NCBI GenBank assembly: GCA_964106915.2
Contig: OZ066915.1
Origin: Podarcis gaigeae
Lineage: Eukaryota
Direction: 5' to 3' (one strand)
Length of the DNA stretch: 64,000 nucleotides
Under the pieces are notes generated by a model, which did no database searches, was not told the DNA's origin, and was given only the letters and a program-made list of their open reading frames with translations. Numbering within the stretch: position 1 is the first letter of the stretch; each line of letters begins with the position of its first letter. Of this stretch, positions 62,744-64,000 are shown in pieces. The position numbers were made by a program, and so were the translations under genes.

Positions 62744-62890
62744 CTCATCAATTGATGACTCTTCAATTAGACGTGGAGCATCAGCAGACAAAAGCCCATG
62801 AGTTGCCATGATGAAGATCTTATAAGCACCACGCTCTTTCAGGATTTCTGCAGCTGCCACAAAGCTTTCCACATCATCAATGATGTCATC
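62744..62890 (-). CDS. PRPSAP1: PRPSAP1 penultimate coding exon: [49 protein letters not shown]
   Basis: TTCTCAG acceptor, 147 nt, non-canonical GAG|GCAAGT donor. [11 protein letters not shown] distinguishes PRPSAP1 from PRPSAP2. Confidence 0.95.
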
Positions 62891-64000
62891 CTGAGAAGCA
62901 AAACACATCCCAGTTAAATCTGGAAGTTATTAGCAAGCACAAACTGCTCCACTGTCCCACAAGCAGTATGTAACCACTTTGGCAAATCTGGAATAATCTG
63001 AAGATGCTTCAGTGTCTAACCTAAAGTTACATATGAACTTTTGGTACATTGCCAATAAGGATTTCAGTAGCAGGTATTTATACCAGCATGGTATGAGTCT
63101 GCTTCCTGGACAGGGCTAAGTTCCTATAATGAGCACATGACAGGCACAAACTTTCCAAAGATTTATGAAGGAGTGCTGTTTGGAAAATATACATGAAAAT
63201 GCTTCTTTGGGCAAAGATATATTTGAAAATACAAAAATGGCTTTAGTTAGCTCTCTCTCAAGGAGAGGTACAGAATGCAAGCTGCCCATGCTCCTGGTTA
63301 CAAACCCAAGAAGTGTCTTGTGGAAAGGCAGGAACTAGGAAGCTAGTCACACAGACTACACAAAATGTACTGGTTTGGCACAAGGCCCTGTCAATTTTGT
63401 TGACTGTTTGAGAAACCAGAATAGGGACCTTTGGGTAGGAGGTTCTGAAAAGCTTTTTAATATGGAGTTCTATGACACAGTGGCAACATGCACACTATAC
63501 AAGCTTGGATAGGCCAGGATGTCTAGTCTTGCATCTTAAAACAATCATCCCTCCAAATGGAAAGGCTACTGTACCTAGAATTTTGTCCAGGAGGTTAGCA
63601 ATGAACCCTAAAGCTTCACTCAGTGAGGTGTCACTGTCTATCAGAGTTGGATTTTCTTTCCAGATAGAAAACTAACAGGAATTTATACCACAGCCTCATA
63701 AGGCCATTTAATACTAGAGGATAACTTCCTTATTTAATTAGTAGAAAAAAAGTGAAACCAGACAATACAATGTGACTGTTTAGTTTTCCTGCATGGCTTC
63801 TAGCCCAGTCCTGAAATCCCAACTGCATCCAGGCATAAATATTTGAGATGTAATGAAACCTAGGGAAAAAATCCCATTCGTCATCATGGCCTTTTAGTTC
63901 CTTACCACAATGATGGCAATTCTACCTCCAACATCTCCAACTACTGTTATTGGTGGCTTCTCTTTGGCCATCATAACTAAGGAATAAAAAATGTGAACCC

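Noticed and set aside
60720-62908. PRPSAP2 or PRPS1/2 assignment
   Set aside because: Diagnostic residues ([27 protein letters not shown]) and adjacency to QRICH2 fit PRPSAP1.
1-64000. CRISPR arrays, operons or prokaryotic defence systems
   Set aside because: The sequence is intron-rich vertebrate DNA with no repeat-spacer arrays. The remaining 60-200 aa ORFs in the track are chance frames or repeat-derived.

Overview
Vertebrate genomic DNA from a squamate, most likely a lacertid lizard, judged from Sauria SINEs, a tRNA-Ile/CR1-tailed SINE, CR1 LINEs and many hAT and Tc1/mariner MITEs. Two protein-coding genes lie on the minus strand. The first is QRICH2 (DUF4795 family, sperm flagellum), about 6.9-48.4 kb. 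I traced 17 coding exons by hand with canonical, phase-consistent splice sites, giving about 1359 aa, with a CpG-island promoter at about 48.1-48.5 kb and AATAAA at 6909-6914. The second is PRPSAP1, of which the last two coding exons lie at 60.8-62.9 kb, joined by a GC-AG intron. The order matches the mammalian QRICH2-PRPSAP1 arrangement. The most unusual features are: (a) a 760-bp solo LTR in a QRICH2 intron whose U3 region is almost entirely an intact 194-codon ORF with an acidic N-terminus and an Arg-rich C-terminus; (b) 20 uninterrupted, nearly proline-free, charged Gly-X-Y triplets followed by a Val-rich heptad repeat in the QRICH2 N-terminus, a collagen-plus-neck layout; (c) galectin-3-like [17 protein letters not shown] repeats in place of the mammalian Gln-rich repeat. 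Most short ORFs in the supplied track are spurious. No database searches were run; gene identities rest on recalled homologue sequences.
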